Notes: generated from the letters alone by a model not told the origin. A stretch of 64,000 bases of DNA from Candidatus Bathyarchaeota archaeon (GCA_018396535.1 JAGTQC010000004.1:32001-96000), one strand, 5' to 3'; shown: positions 20,294-30,115, counted from the stretch's first letter. A program made the numbers and translations.

Positions 20294-21472
20294 TTGCGTA
20301 TAATTATGCTTTCATGGGAGTATCCTCCTAGGATAGTTGGAGGTATATCTAGACATGTCTACTTCCTTAGTAGAGCTCTAGCTTCAGAAGGATGTGAAGT
20401 CCACGTCGTGACACTCGACTTCCCAGGTAAGTCTATCTACGAGGTGGAGGATGGTGTACATGTACATAGGGTTCCCGTAGAGATAGGAGCGTCAAATTTC
20501 CATATGTGGGTAGCTCTATTCAACCATTTCTTCGAGAAGCGTATAGGGTATATAACTCATAATTTCGGTAAACCTGATGTAGTGCATAGTCATGACTGGC
20601 TTACCGCTCTATCTGGTATATCTGCTAAGCATATGCTTAGAATACCGCTCGTAGTAACCTTCCATAGTACTGAGAGGGGTAGATCACAAGGATTAGCAAA
20701 CCCAGAATCTTATATGGTAGACTCTATAGAATGGTGGGCATCCTATGAGGCTTCGATCGTTATAACGGTAAGTAGTCATATGAAAGATGAGCTTATCCGC
20801 TACTTTAAGCTTCCAGAGGATAAGGTATACGTCATCCATAATGGAGTTGATCCATCAATCTTCAATATAAGCGTAGATAGAGATTCTATACGTGGCAGGC
20901 TAGGTGTCAAACCCTGGGAGAAGCTTATAGTATCTGTTGGGAGGATGAGCCATCAGAAGGGCTTCCATATACTACTGCAAGCTATGAGTATCGTAATTCA
21001 CAGGTATAGGGATGTTAAGCTTATCCTAGTAGGTGACGGGTATATGAGGGGGGAGCTTGAAAGGCAAGCTTCAGATCTAGGTTTATCTGAGCATGTAGTA
21101 TTCACAGGATTTATAGACGATGTCTATCTTAAAGCTATACTAAAATCTGCAGATATCATGGTTGTATGCTCACTATACGAGCCGTTCGGTATAGTTGCCT
21201 TAGAAGGTATGGCTTCAGGTCTACCTGTAATAGTCTCAGCTACAGGTGGGTTGAAGGAGATAGTTGAGCATGAAGTAGATGGTTTATGGGCTAGCCCTGG
21301 GGATCCTGCCAGTTTAGCTTCATGTATTGAGAGACTACTGGTAGATGCTGATCTAGTATCGAAACTCCGATTTAACGCTATAGTAAAAGCTAAAAGGTTT
21401 GATTGGAGAAATATAGCTAAGAAGGTGCTCGAAGCTTATGGGGATGCTGGAAGGAGAGCAAGGTTTCAGTAG
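20294..21472 (+). CDS. GT4 glycosyltransferase (glycogen synthase-like)
   Basis: WEYPPRIVGG, HSHDW, HSTE.GR, GR...QKG, SLYEPFGIVALE. Confidence 0.9.
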   Translation: MRIIMLSWEYPPRIVGGISRHVYFLSRALASEGCEVHVVTLDFPGKSIYEVEDGVHVHRVPVEIGASNFHMWVALFNHFFEKRIGYITHNFGKPDVVHSHDWLTALSGISAKHMLRIPLVVTFHSTERGRSQGLANPESYMVDSIEWWASYEASIVITVSSHMKDELIRYFKLPEDKVYVIHNGVDPSIFNISVDRDSIRGRLGVKPWEKLIVSVGRMSHQKGFHILLQAMSIVIHRYRDVKLILVGDGYMRGELERQASDLGLSEHVVFTGFIDDVYLKAILKSADIMVVCSLYEPFGIVALEGMASGLPVIVSATGGLKEIVEHEVDGLWASPGDPASLASCIERLLVDADLVSKLRFNAIVKAKRFDWRNIAKKVLEAYGDAGRRARFQ

Positions 21473-21704
21473 TCTTGTGAAAAACCTCCTCTCATCCCTA
21501 TTAACCTTAGGAGCTGTAGATCGATCCAAAGCTCTAACCATTGTGGAGCTATCTAAAAGAACCGGTATGGAAGCTAGATGCATAGACTCTACCATAACTC
21601 TCCTTATACGTTCTGGATACGTAGCCTCCATAGACTCTGAGAATGGTGCTAGATTCTATCTAACACCGAACGGTATATTAGCAGCCTCCTCACTCTACTC
21701 CTAA
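21438..21704 (+). CDS. Small winged-helix protein
   Basis: LTIVELSKRTG....L...GYV.....RFYLTPNG; fills the gap between GT4 and GalT in the same orientation. Confidence 0.7.
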   Translation: MGMLEGEQGFSSLVKNLLSSLLTLGAVDRSKALTIVELSKRTGMEARCIDSTITLLIRSGYVASIDSENGARFYLTPNGILAASSLYS

Positions 21705-21711
21705 CACAGGT

Positions 21712-22635
21712 TTGTCTAAACTTATACGTAACCAACTAACAGGTGAATGGATCGTAGTAGCTCCACGTAGAGGTAGACGTCCTATTCACTATGGTGGAGT
21801 AGAGGGGTGCCCATTCTGCCCGGGTAACGAACGTGCAACACCTCCTGCAAAGCTTATTTATGTAAGATCAGATGATGGATCTATACATCGGTTTAGAGAT
21901 GAAGATGATGCTAGAAGGAGTGATTGGCTAGTTAGAGTATTCGATAACCTATACCCGATATTCTCTACCACATATGAAGGCGTATATGGGTACCATGAGG
22001 TTCTTGTAGAAACACCTAAACATGAGGATAAGCCTTGGAGTATATCAATCGATCAGCAAGCATTAGCTATAAAAGCAGCTCTTGAACGTATAGATATACT
22101 GAAGCTAGATCCAAATATAAGATACGTACTATTGTTCAAGAATTATGGTAGATCAGCTGGTGCTTCGATAGAGCATATGCATATGCAGATAGCTGCTTCA
22201 CCTATTATCCCACCTAGAGTAGAGCTTGAGCTATCCTCGTATAGGGGTGAATGCCCAGTATGTATGCTTATAGAGGAGAGCTCCTTAATCAATAGATATG
22301 ATGATATCCTTGCTATATGCCCTAAAGCTAGCTCCAAACCGTACGAAGTTATGGTGACATCGATCGAACATAAGCCTGATATACCACGTACAGAGAGTTA
22401 TATCGAAGCTTTAGCTAGAATACTAGTAGATGTTATGCGTAGGTTACGATCAATCCTCGGTGAGTTTGAATTTAACTACTGGCTACACTATGGCTTAACT
22501 CGAGATCACCATTGGCATATCGAGATACTACCGAAAACATCCATATGGGCTGGATTAGAGCTTGGTGGATGGATATATGTGAATGCTATACCTCCTAGTG
22601 AAGCAGCTGAGAATCTTAGAAAAGCTCTTAGTTAA
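21712..22635 (+). CDS. galT: GalT-family nucleotidyltransferase/phosphorylase
   Basis: LTGEW..VAP.R..RP, CPFCPGNE, NLYP, G.HEV.VE, NYG..AGAS..HMHMQ (HxHxQ), HWHIEI.P. Confidence 0.88.
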   Translation: MSKLIRNQLTGEWIVVAPRRGRRPIHYGGVEGCPFCPGNERATPPAKLIYVRSDDGSIHRFRDEDDARRSDWLVRVFDNLYPIFSTTYEGVYGYHEVLVETPKHEDKPWSISIDQQALAIKAALERIDILKLDPNIRYVLLFKNYGRSAGASIEHMHMQIAASPIIPPRVELELSSYRGECPVCMLIEESSLINRYDDILAICPKASSKPYEVMVTSIEHKPDIPRTESYIEALARILVDVMRRLRSILGEFEFNYWLHYGLTRDHHWHIEILPKTSIWAGLELGGWIYVNAIPPSEAAENLRKALS

Positions 22636-22730
22636 AAATAATGTTTCAGCTTAAAACCTGTATAGAAACATAGGTTTCACTAGTTTCTCGGAATCCCTTA
22701 TATTAAGGCTGGCTTTCTAAAGGAGGAATA

Positions 22731-25070
22731 GTGAAAGATATGGGTGAAGCTAGCGTCATACCATCAAAGACTTCTATGATAGCTACACTCCTACTAATAC
22801 TAGCATCTAGCTTACCACAGTTATCAGCTCAAACAGTAAATTACACCTTCGTATACGGCTATGTACTAGACGAGAATGGATCAGGCTTATCTAGTGTTAG
22901 AATCCTAGTATCAGCTCAGGATGGATCGGTAAAAACCCTATCATATACAAATAGTGATGGATACTTTGGGCTACTATTAGAGAGGGGTTATACGTATACG
23001 TTAACCTTCTCTAAGCCCGGCTACGTTACCGTTACTAGGAGTATAAATGCTCAGAAGTTCGATATGAATATAGGTAATATTACTTTACGGGAGGCTATAA
23101 GGGTTACATCCATGACAGCGACCATAGCTTCTACAGCGGGATCAGATATATCGATACCAGTTACTATATCTAATGAAGGTGAGGTAGCAGAGCTTTTAAC
23201 ACTTAGCGTAGAGAAGCCTGAGGAGTGGGGTGTTAGGATAGTCTATCAGAATAGGGAGGTTTTGAGTATAGTTTTATCTAAGGGGCAGAGTATATCGATG
23301 GATGTTATACTCTCCATACCTAAGGATGCTCTTGAAGGCTTGTACAAACTAACAATTATAGTTAATGGAACGCTTATGCTTCGTAAAGTGTTCTATATCT
23401 ATGTCCAGCCTCAACCTACAGTAAGGATATATGGCTCCGTATTAGATGATGATGGATCCGCTTTAGGTAATGTTAAGATAGATGTATACTCTCAGGATGG
23501 TATTCTTATAGGATGTTTCGAATCTCTTACCGATGGATCCTTCTATTTAGTATTACCTTCCGTATCTAAGAGTATGTCGTTAACCTTCTCCAAGCCTGGC
23601 TACGTTAAACTATCTAAGGTGGTATCCATATCTAGTGGTGAACTCGATCTCGGTGCGTTAACTCTTCGTAAAGCTATAAAGCTTCGATCACAGATGGTGT
23701 CGCTATCTACTGATCCAGGTAGGAAGATACAGTTACCATTAACTATAAGCAACCTGGCTGATGAAGCGAAGATGGTGGAGTTATCAGTGGATAAACCTGC
23801 ATCATGGCTTACACGTATATTGCTGCAAAACCAGGAGGTTTCTAAGATTCTACTACAACCTAACGAAGCAGTTAATCTACAATTAGAGATTTTTATACCT
23901 ATAGATTCTCGTGGACAGTATACTTTAACCTTGAAAGCTTCATCTGATATAGTATCAGCAATAGAGTTTATGGTATACGTTAATCCTCTAACATCTACGA
24001 TACTGTACTGTCCTATACCTGGTAGAACGGCTATACCAGGTGATACCGTTAGATTTCAAGTTAAAGTTAGGAATCCTGTGGAACTAGATCAAAGATTTAA
24101 GGTATCCGTAGAGCCTACGATTATTGGATGGGTTGTATCCGTTAAAACTCTAGATGGTACCCCTGTATCTGAGGTAACCCTACCGAGTGCTGGATCGTTA
24201 GATCTCATAGTAGATATCTCTATACCATCTACAGTTAGCGATGGTGTATATAAGCTAACTCTTAAAGCAGATTCGGGTATCCTATCGGATGAGATAGATT
24301 TAAGGATAGATGTAAAGAGGGCGCCTCCATACATTAAGCTTGTAGCTGCACCGCCATACATAGACGTATACTCTGGATCCGATGCACGTTTTAAGATATT
24401 AGTCCAGAATATGGGTGGCTATGATGAGCTACTAGATCTGTTTGTCGAAGGTATACCAGGAGGTTGGAGATATAGATTCGAAGATTCAGGTAGACAAGAG
24501 ATAACCAAGCTTTATGTAGAAGCAGGTAGATCCAAGGAATTCTATTTAGTAGTATCAGTTCCATCAGCTTCGTCTCTAGGAACTGTGGATCTAACGGTGT
24601 ATGCTAAGAGTAGCGATGTATCTGATAGGATCGATCTAAAACTAAACATCCTAGGCTTATATAAGCTATCGATAATTACTCAGAACTTCTATACATCACT
24701 AACTGTCGGAGGAGAGACAACCTTCACCCTAACCGTTAAGAATACGGGTAGCCGGGATACTACTAATGTAAAACTCCTATACTCCAGTATTCCTAGCGGC
24801 TTCAATATAGATGTATCTCCTACGAGCTTAAGTGTATTAAGGGTAGGTGAGGAAGCCTCCTTCACTATACGTATCTCGACGACGCCCGATATTAACGCTG
24901 GAAACTACTACATAGATTTCACATTATCTTCAGATCAGGTTCCCCCATCACAGTTTACGCTTAGGGTGGAGTTATTCCATGAAACTAGTTGGCTTCTCTA
25001 CGGAGGTATAGCTATAGTTTTAGCGTTAACAAGCCTGTTCCTCATGTATAGGAGGATCGGTAGGAGGTGA
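22731..25070 (+). CDS. Secreted, C-terminally anchored protein with carboxypeptidase-regulatory-like and NEW3/Ig-like repeats
   Basis: Signal peptide, two GxVLD..G..L..V.I...FSKPGY modules, repeated N.G...L.V..P..W beta-sandwiches, C-terminal TM plus RRIGRR. Confidence 0.8.
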   Translation: MKDMGEASVIPSKTSMIATLLLILASSLPQLSAQTVNYTFVYGYVLDENGSGLSSVRILVSAQDGSVKTLSYTNSDGYFGLLLERGYTYTLTFSKPGYVTVTRSINAQKFDMNIGNITLREAIRVTSMTATIASTAGSDISIPVTISNEGEVAELLTLSVEKPEEWGVRIVYQNREVLSIVLSKGQSISMDVILSIPKDALEGLYKLTIIVNGTLMLRKVFYIYVQPQPTVRIYGSVLDDDGSALGNVKIDVYSQDGILIGCFESLTDGSFYLVLPSVSKSMSLTFSKPGYVKLSKVVSISSGELDLGALTLRKAIKLRSQMVSLSTDPGRKIQLPLTISNLADEAKMVELSVDKPASWLTRILLQNQEVSKILLQPNEAVNLQLEIFIPIDSRGQYTLTLKASSDIVSAIEFMVYVNPLTSTILYCPIPGRTAIPGDTVRFQVKVRNPVELDQRFKVSVEPTIIGWVVSVKTLDGTPVSEVTLPSAGSLDLIVDISIPSTVSDGVYKLTLKADSGILSDEIDLRIDVKRAPPYIKLVAAPPYIDVYSGSDARFKILVQNMGGYDELLDLFVEGIPGGWRYRFEDSGRQEITKLYVEAGRSKEFYLVVSVPSASSLGTVDLTVYAKSSDVSDRIDLKLNILGLYKLSIITQNFYTSLTVGGETTFTLTVKNTGSRDTTNVKLLYSSIPSGFNIDVSPTSLSVLRVGEEASFTIRISTTPDINAGNYYIDFTLSSDQVPPSQFTLRVELFHETSWLLYGGIAIVLALTSLFLMYRRIGRR
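22999..23607 (+). repeat. Intragenic direct repeat marking a domain duplication
   Basis: CGTTAACCTTCTCTAAGCCCGGCTACGTTA (22999-23028) vs CGTTAACCTTCTCCAAGCCTGGCTACGTTA (23578-23607), 28/30 identical. Confidence 0.85.
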
Positions 25071-26032
25071 CCTCTATACCTGAATATGTTATCGAAACAT
25101 ATGGATTAACTAAAGTTTATAGATCTGGCGGCGGCGCGGTCGTAGCTGTAGATAAGCTTGATTTCACCGTTGAGAAATCATCTATATTCGGTCTACTAGG
25201 ACCTAATGGTGCAGGTAAAACTACGCTTTTGATGATGCTAACAGGCTTAACCCTCCCCACAAATGGTTCCGGTAGGGTTCTAGGATACGATATAGTTAGG
25301 GAATCTCGTGAGATACGTAGGAGGGTTGGTTTTCTACCTGAAGGTTTCGGTTTCTACGAGCATCTCACAGCTGAACAGAATCTAGAGTATATAGCTGCTT
25401 TGAACGATATACCTAAGCCTGAGAGGAGGAAACGTATCGAAGATATCCTATCTCTAGTAGGTTTATACGAGGTTAAAAATAGGAGGGTTTCAAGTTTCTC
25501 TAGAGGTATGAAGCAGAGGCTTGGTATAGCTCAAGCGTTAATTAAAGATCCAGAGCTACTCCTACTAGATGAGCCTACCGCTGGTTTAGATCCAGAGGGG
25601 TCTAGAGCATTTAAAGATCTCGTATTGAAGCTGAATAGCGAGGGTAGGACTATAGTTCTAAGTACGCATCTACTATTCGAAGTTGGGCCCCTCTGTAGTT
25701 CTATCGCTATAATGAACCGCGGTAGGATTGTCGTTCAGGGTAGGGTTAAAGATCTGATATCCAAGCTTATGAGCGAGGTAGGCTACAAGATATACGTAGA
25801 GGTTCGAGGTGATTTAGGGAAGCTTGCTTCAGCTCTAACCGGTATGGAGGGGGTGAGGGGTGTGAGGATAGGTGTAGATAGCCTCTATGTGGATTCTACG
25901 AGGGATATCAGGGTGGATATAGTTAAGATCGCTTCAGATATGAAGGTTGAGATATCGAGTATAAGAGTTGAAGAACCGTCTCTGGAGGATCTATTCATAA
26001 GATATTATAGGGGTGAGGCTTCCAATGCCTAG
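25067..26032 (+). CDS. ABC transporter ATP-binding protein (ABC-2 type)
   Basis: GPNGAGKTT, FSRGMKQR, LLDEPTAGLDP, STH, PSLEDLF. Confidence 0.93.
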   Translation: MTSIPEYVIETYGLTKVYRSGGGAVVAVDKLDFTVEKSSIFGLLGPNGAGKTTLLMMLTGLTLPTNGSGRVLGYDIVRESREIRRRVGFLPEGFGFYEHLTAEQNLEYIAALNDIPKPERRKRIEDILSLVGLYEVKNRRVSSFSRGMKQRLGIAQALIKDPELLLLDEPTAGLDPEGSRAFKDLVLKLNSEGRTIVLSTHLLFEVGPLCSSIAIMNRGRIVVQGRVKDLISKLMSEVGYKIYVEVRGDLGKLASALTGMEGVRGVRIGVDSLYVDSTRDIRVDIVKIASDMKVEISSIRVEEPSLEDLFIRYYRGEASNA

Positions 26033-26975
26033 CGTGTATACTGTCGCATCTAGAGAATTCTCTGATATAATACATAGTAAACGCTTCATAATACTCGTAG
26101 CTGTATTCTCGATTGTATTCATGGTCGGTATGGCTTCGATATACCTTACAGTCCTCTCCATGGCTCAGGGTCTCGGTATAGCTATGCCTACAGGGTTCCT
26201 AGGTAGAGCTGCATCGATAATAGCATCATCCATGTCCTACTTCGCTCCGATAGTAGGTATAGCTTTAGGATGCGATGCTATATCCGGGGAAAGGGAGAAG
26301 GGTACTCTGAAGACGATCCTAGCTCAACCCATATATAGAGATACATTTATAACTGGGAAATTCATAGCGGCAATCTTAGCTGTATCTATAGCAGTCTCCA
26401 TAGCATCCCTGGTTAATGTAGGAGGATCCATAGTAATCCTAGGTGTGACACCTACAAGCGAGGATATAGCTAGGCTAGCTCTATTCATAGTATTCTCGAT
26501 ACTATACGCTATAAGCTACTATGGTATAGCTATACTATTATCCACTATAGCGAGGAGGACTACTCAGAGTGTGATAGTAAGCGTAACGCTATGGGCTATA
26601 TTCACATTCGCTATACCTATAATCGCCTCTCTCGTAGCATACATGTATAGGCCAATAACTGGTATAGAAATAATACAGCGTCCAGGTGGGAATGTAACTA
26701 TTAGAAGACCTAGCCCTGAGGAGATGCAGCGTATAATAGAGCAGACAAGGGCTAGAGCTACTATAACGGAAGCTATAAATAGTATAACGCCAAACTACCA
26801 TTTCACGAAGATAATTCAGTACATTCTCGGCTTTATGCAGGGTGGGCTTAATCAATCGTTATCCATATATCAAGGTCTAGTATCAGCGTGGCCTAATATA
26901 CTGGTACTAGTGTTGGTAGCCTGTATAACGTTGATAGCATCGTACATGGTGTTTATAAGGCAGGAGGCAAGGTAG
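26025..26975 (+). CDS. ABC-2/NosY-like permease
   Basis: VA.REF, DAISGEREKGTL...L.QPI.R...I.GKF, multiple TM helices; ATG 26025 preceded by GGGGTGAGG. Confidence 0.9.
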   Translation: MPSVYTVASREFSDIIHSKRFIILVAVFSIVFMVGMASIYLTVLSMAQGLGIAMPTGFLGRAASIIASSMSYFAPIVGIALGCDAISGEREKGTLKTILAQPIYRDTFITGKFIAAILAVSIAVSIASLVNVGGSIVILGVTPTSEDIARLALFIVFSILYAISYYGIAILLSTIARRTTQSVIVSVTLWAIFTFAIPIIASLVAYMYRPITGIEIIQRPGGNVTIRRPSPEEMQRIIEQTRARATITEAINSITPNYHFTKIIQYILGFMQGGLNQSLSIYQGLVSAWPNILVLVLVACITLIASYMVFIRQEAR

Positions 26976-27021
26976 AGGCGGGTATAGGTTGAAGATAGAG
27001 ACCCGGTTAATTCATCCGCTA

Positions 27022-28266
27022 TTATTTCTTGATAAGCTTTTCATAGATTTCAATAGTTTTCTCAGCTATCCTATCCCATGTAAACTCCTCTAGAACTCTT
27101 CTTCTACCGTTTCTACCCAGCTTCTCCGCCAGCTTAGGATCATCTAATAGTATGTTAATACCCCAAGCTATATCCTCAGGTCTTCTAGGATCTACATGTA
27201 TACCGGTCTGGTTTTCGCCTGACGGTACGACTATCTCCCTCATACCGCTTATACCTGCCGCACCTACTACTACTGGTTTAGCCATAGACATAGCTTCTAG
27301 AGAAACTATACCGAAGGGTTCGTAGAGACTTGGGAAGACGCATATATCTGACATAGCGTAATGAAGTATACGCTCATCCTCGCTTAGGAAGTCAAATCTC
27401 AAGATAACTTTATCCTCGAGATTTAGGGTTTTCGTAAGGTTGACGAGGTAGTCTCTAAGCTCTCCTAGACCTACTACGATAAGCTTAGCTTCGGGATGCT
27501 TCGCTGCTATGTATGACATAGCCTGTATGAGCTTATCGACACCTTTAACCGCTGTAAGCCTACCTATAAATAGTATAATCTTTTCATCTTCCTTGACACC
27601 GTATCTTTCTCTAAGCTTGTAGACCTCCCCTCTATCTATCTTGCTAGGATCATACTTATCAGGGTCTACGCCATTATATACTACCTCTACCTTACTTATG
27701 GGAAATCCAAGCGTCTCTAATTCTGATTTCATAGCATATGATACCGTTACTATTTTATCAGCCCCATCAGCCCCCTTTCTTTCAAGCTCCATAACGGTCA
27801 TAGATCCATTTCCTAGAGTTCTACCTCTCTCAGTACTATGTATATGGAAAGCCATAGGTATTCCTAAATGCTTCTTAACGAGTAGCCCAGCTATCACTGA
27901 AAGCCAATCGTGAACCGATACTATATCAAACTTGTAGCCTTCGAATCGGTGTAGATCGTTTACTAGCTTGGAGGCTGATAGAAGATTGTACAGGTATATA
28001 TCTGAGAAGAATTTGAATCCTGGACCCCAATTCTTAAGTTCTGATGCTACTATATCGAACATTATACTCGTTATATCCATAAGTAGTGGTCTATGAACCT
28101 CTACTCCTCCTATAAGCTCTCTAGTCTTAAGATTTCCATCGTTTAACGTGAATACGTAGACGTTATGTCCCATCTTAACGTATCTACGAGTAACTTCATA
28201 CGAGTATACACCGAGTCCTCCGACTATTCTAGGTGGGTACTCCCATGTGAAGAACGCTATATCCAT
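27022..28266 (-). CDS. GT4 glycosyltransferase (glycogen synthase-like), paralogue of 20294-21472
   Basis: WEYPPRIVGGLG, HDWL, HSTERGR, GRL..VKG, PSLYEPFGIVSLEAM. Confidence 0.9.
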   Translation of the reverse strand: MDIAFFTWEYPPRIVGGLGVYSYEVTRRYVKMGHNVYVFTLNDGNLKTRELIGGVEVHRPLLMDITSIMFDIVASELKNWGPGFKFFSDIYLYNLLSASKLVNDLHRFEGYKFDIVSVHDWLSVIAGLLVKKHLGIPMAFHIHSTERGRTLGNGSMTVMELERKGADGADKIVTVSYAMKSELETLGFPISKVEVVYNGVDPDKYDPSKIDRGEVYKLRERYGVKEDEKIILFIGRLTAVKGVDKLIQAMSYIAAKHPEAKLIVVGLGELRDYLVNLTKTLNLEDKVILRFDFLSEDERILHYAMSDICVFPSLYEPFGIVSLEAMSMAKPVVVGAAGISGMREIVVPSGENQTGIHVDPRRPEDIAWGINILLDDPKLAEKLGRNGRRRVLEEFTWDRIAEKTIEIYEKLIKK

Positions 28267-28425
28267 AGCTTCTAAGGCTAATAGCTACTCCTATATAAAA
28301 TAATCTTAGAGTTCTAGCTTAAGATTAAACTTAACTCCTCTATATCCTGATGAAGCATATGGCTGTATACTATTCGCTTCGACTTGCGAAACTTACAGAT
28401 ATACTTTCCCTATCCGCTATACATA

Positions 28426-28445
28426 TCTAATATTTAAATATTAGA
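28426..28445. promoter_or_regulatory. Perfect 20-bp palindrome centred on the TATA box upstream of the YkgJ/ATP-grasp operon
   Basis: TCTAATATTTAAATATTAGA is its own reverse complement, about 30 bp before ATG 28476; second inverted repeat AAAACC-ATA-GGTTTT at 28452-28466. Confidence 0.6.
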
Positions 28446-28475
28446 AAGGTAAAAACCATAGGTTTTCTACTTAGA

Positions 28476-29117
28476 ATGACGTTATCGCATTTATCTAGCT
28501 ATTTAACGCATAGGACATGCATCCTATGTGCATCTCTAGGTTTAGGATGCTGTAATCGATGTCAACCATTCATACTGTATGCTGATATTAAGCGTATGGT
28601 TGCCCATATAGATTCAAGGATTGTTAAAGAGTTGATCGAGTGTAGCATGATACCTGAAGCTTATCGTGATCATTTGGAGAATCCTGAGATGAGGATGGTA
28701 TACTATCAATGGGGTGGGTCATGGTATAGGATTCAGATGAGGTTTTCGAATGGCTCATGTATAGCCCTTAAACATGGCCTTGGCTGTATGCTTAATAGAT
28801 ATAGGCCCCTGATATGCGTAGTATGGCCGTTTTGGTGGAGTGAAGACTCAAATCCGTTAGGTAATGATTTTGAGATAGAAGTTATCGGTGAATGTACCAT
28901 GGCTATACGTTGGATGTTTACACCTGAGAGAATAATGTTCGAGCTTGATATGGATGAAGCAGAGTTGAAGAAGTATCTGAGGAGTATGTATATTGCGTTG
29001 AGGGAGCATGAGTCTATACTTAGGGAAGCCTATAGTAAAGGTGTGGAGCCATCTATGCTTCTAGAATGGCTTATAACTAAGGCTGTATCCAGCTATCCTA
29101 TGGAGGAGTATCTTTGA
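28476..29117 (+). CDS. YkgJ/CxxCxxCC family cysteine-cluster protein
   Basis: CILCASLGLGCC ... GSCIAL...GC....RPLIC..WPF ... C; stop overlaps the next TTG start (TTGA). Confidence 0.8.
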   Translation: MTLSHLSSYLTHRTCILCASLGLGCCNRCQPFILYADIKRMVAHIDSRIVKELIECSMIPEAYRDHLENPEMRMVYYQWGGSWYRIQMRFSNGSCIALKHGLGCMLNRYRPLICVVWPFWWSEDSNPLGNDFEIEVIGECTMAIRWMFTPERIMFELDMDEAELKKYLRSMYIALREHESILREAYSKGVEPSMLLEWLITKAVSSYPMEEYL

Positions 29118-30115
29118 GTATGAAGGTCGCTATACTATATAATGCACCAGCTGGTAAGCCTGATAGTATCGAATATCTATCTGAAGCAGGGGTGCTAGAG
29201 GAAGTTGAAGCTGTTAGACTAGCTCTAGAGAGGCTTGATTTAAAGTACGATATTATCCCACTTAGAGATGATATAATCGAGTTTGCTAGAGCTGTTAAAA
29301 ACTGTAATCCTGATGTAGCTGTAAATCTATGTGAGGGAGCCTTCGGTTATAGTATGTATGAGATGAATGTAGCAGCACTCCTAGAGCTTCTAGGGGTTCC
29401 GTATACTGGGGCAGATCCTTTAACCTTGGCTTTAGCTAGGGATAAGGGGTTATCCAAGGATATATTTAGAGCTAAGGGTATACCTACACCAGAGTATAGG
29501 GTTTTGAACAGTATCTTGGATTGGGATTCTAAACTGAGTTTCCCACTTATAGTTAAACCTGTAGCTGAGGATGCTAGTATCGGTTTAACGCGTAGAAATT
29601 TTGTTAGATGCTTCGATGAGCTTAAAGATATCGTCGAGTATATAGTCGTAAGGTATGGTCAGCCAGCGTTGGTTGAGGAGTATATCGCGGGTAGAGAGCT
29701 TAACGTAGCGTTCATAGGAGGTGAAGAACCTGTGATGCTACCTATCTCTGAGATCGTATTCGAGTTCGAAGAGGAGCCTAGGATAGTAGACTATTATGCT
29801 AAATGGGTTAAAGGTAGCTATGAGTATGAGAGGACTAGGCCTCTATGTCCAGCACCTCTTGATGAAGGGGTAAGGGTTAGAGTGGAGGATGCTGCTAGAA
29901 GGGCCTATAAAGCTTTAAAGTGTAGGGATTATGGTCGTGTAGATATAAGGCTTAGAGGTATGGTGCCATATGTTCTAGAAGTTAATCCAAACCCGGATAT
30001 ATCGCTAGATTCAGGTTTCGTTAGGAGTTTGAATGCTGCTGGTATACGTTATGAGGATTTCATAGCTAGGATAATATCCTATGCCTTAGATAGGTCTAGG
30101 AAGTTTAACAAGTGA
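29114..30115 (+). CDS. D-Ala-D-Ala-ligase-like ATP-grasp amide ligase (EVNPNP type)
   Basis: NLCEG, PYTG, DK, IVKP..EDASIG, EEYI.GRE, YYAKW, RVDIR, LEVNPNP. Confidence 0.88.
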   Translation: MSMKVAILYNAPAGKPDSIEYLSEAGVLEEVEAVRLALERLDLKYDIIPLRDDIIEFARAVKNCNPDVAVNLCEGAFGYSMYEMNVAALLELLGVPYTGADPLTLALARDKGLSKDIFRAKGIPTPEYRVLNSILDWDSKLSFPLIVKPVAEDASIGLTRRNFVRCFDELKDIVEYIVVRYGQPALVEEYIAGRELNVAFIGGEEPVMLPISEIVFEFEEEPRIVDYYAKWVKGSYEYERTRPLCPAPLDEGVRVRVEDAARRAYKALKCRDYGRVDIRLRGMVPYVLEVNPNPDISLDSGFVRSLNAAGIRYEDFIARIISYALDRSRKFNK

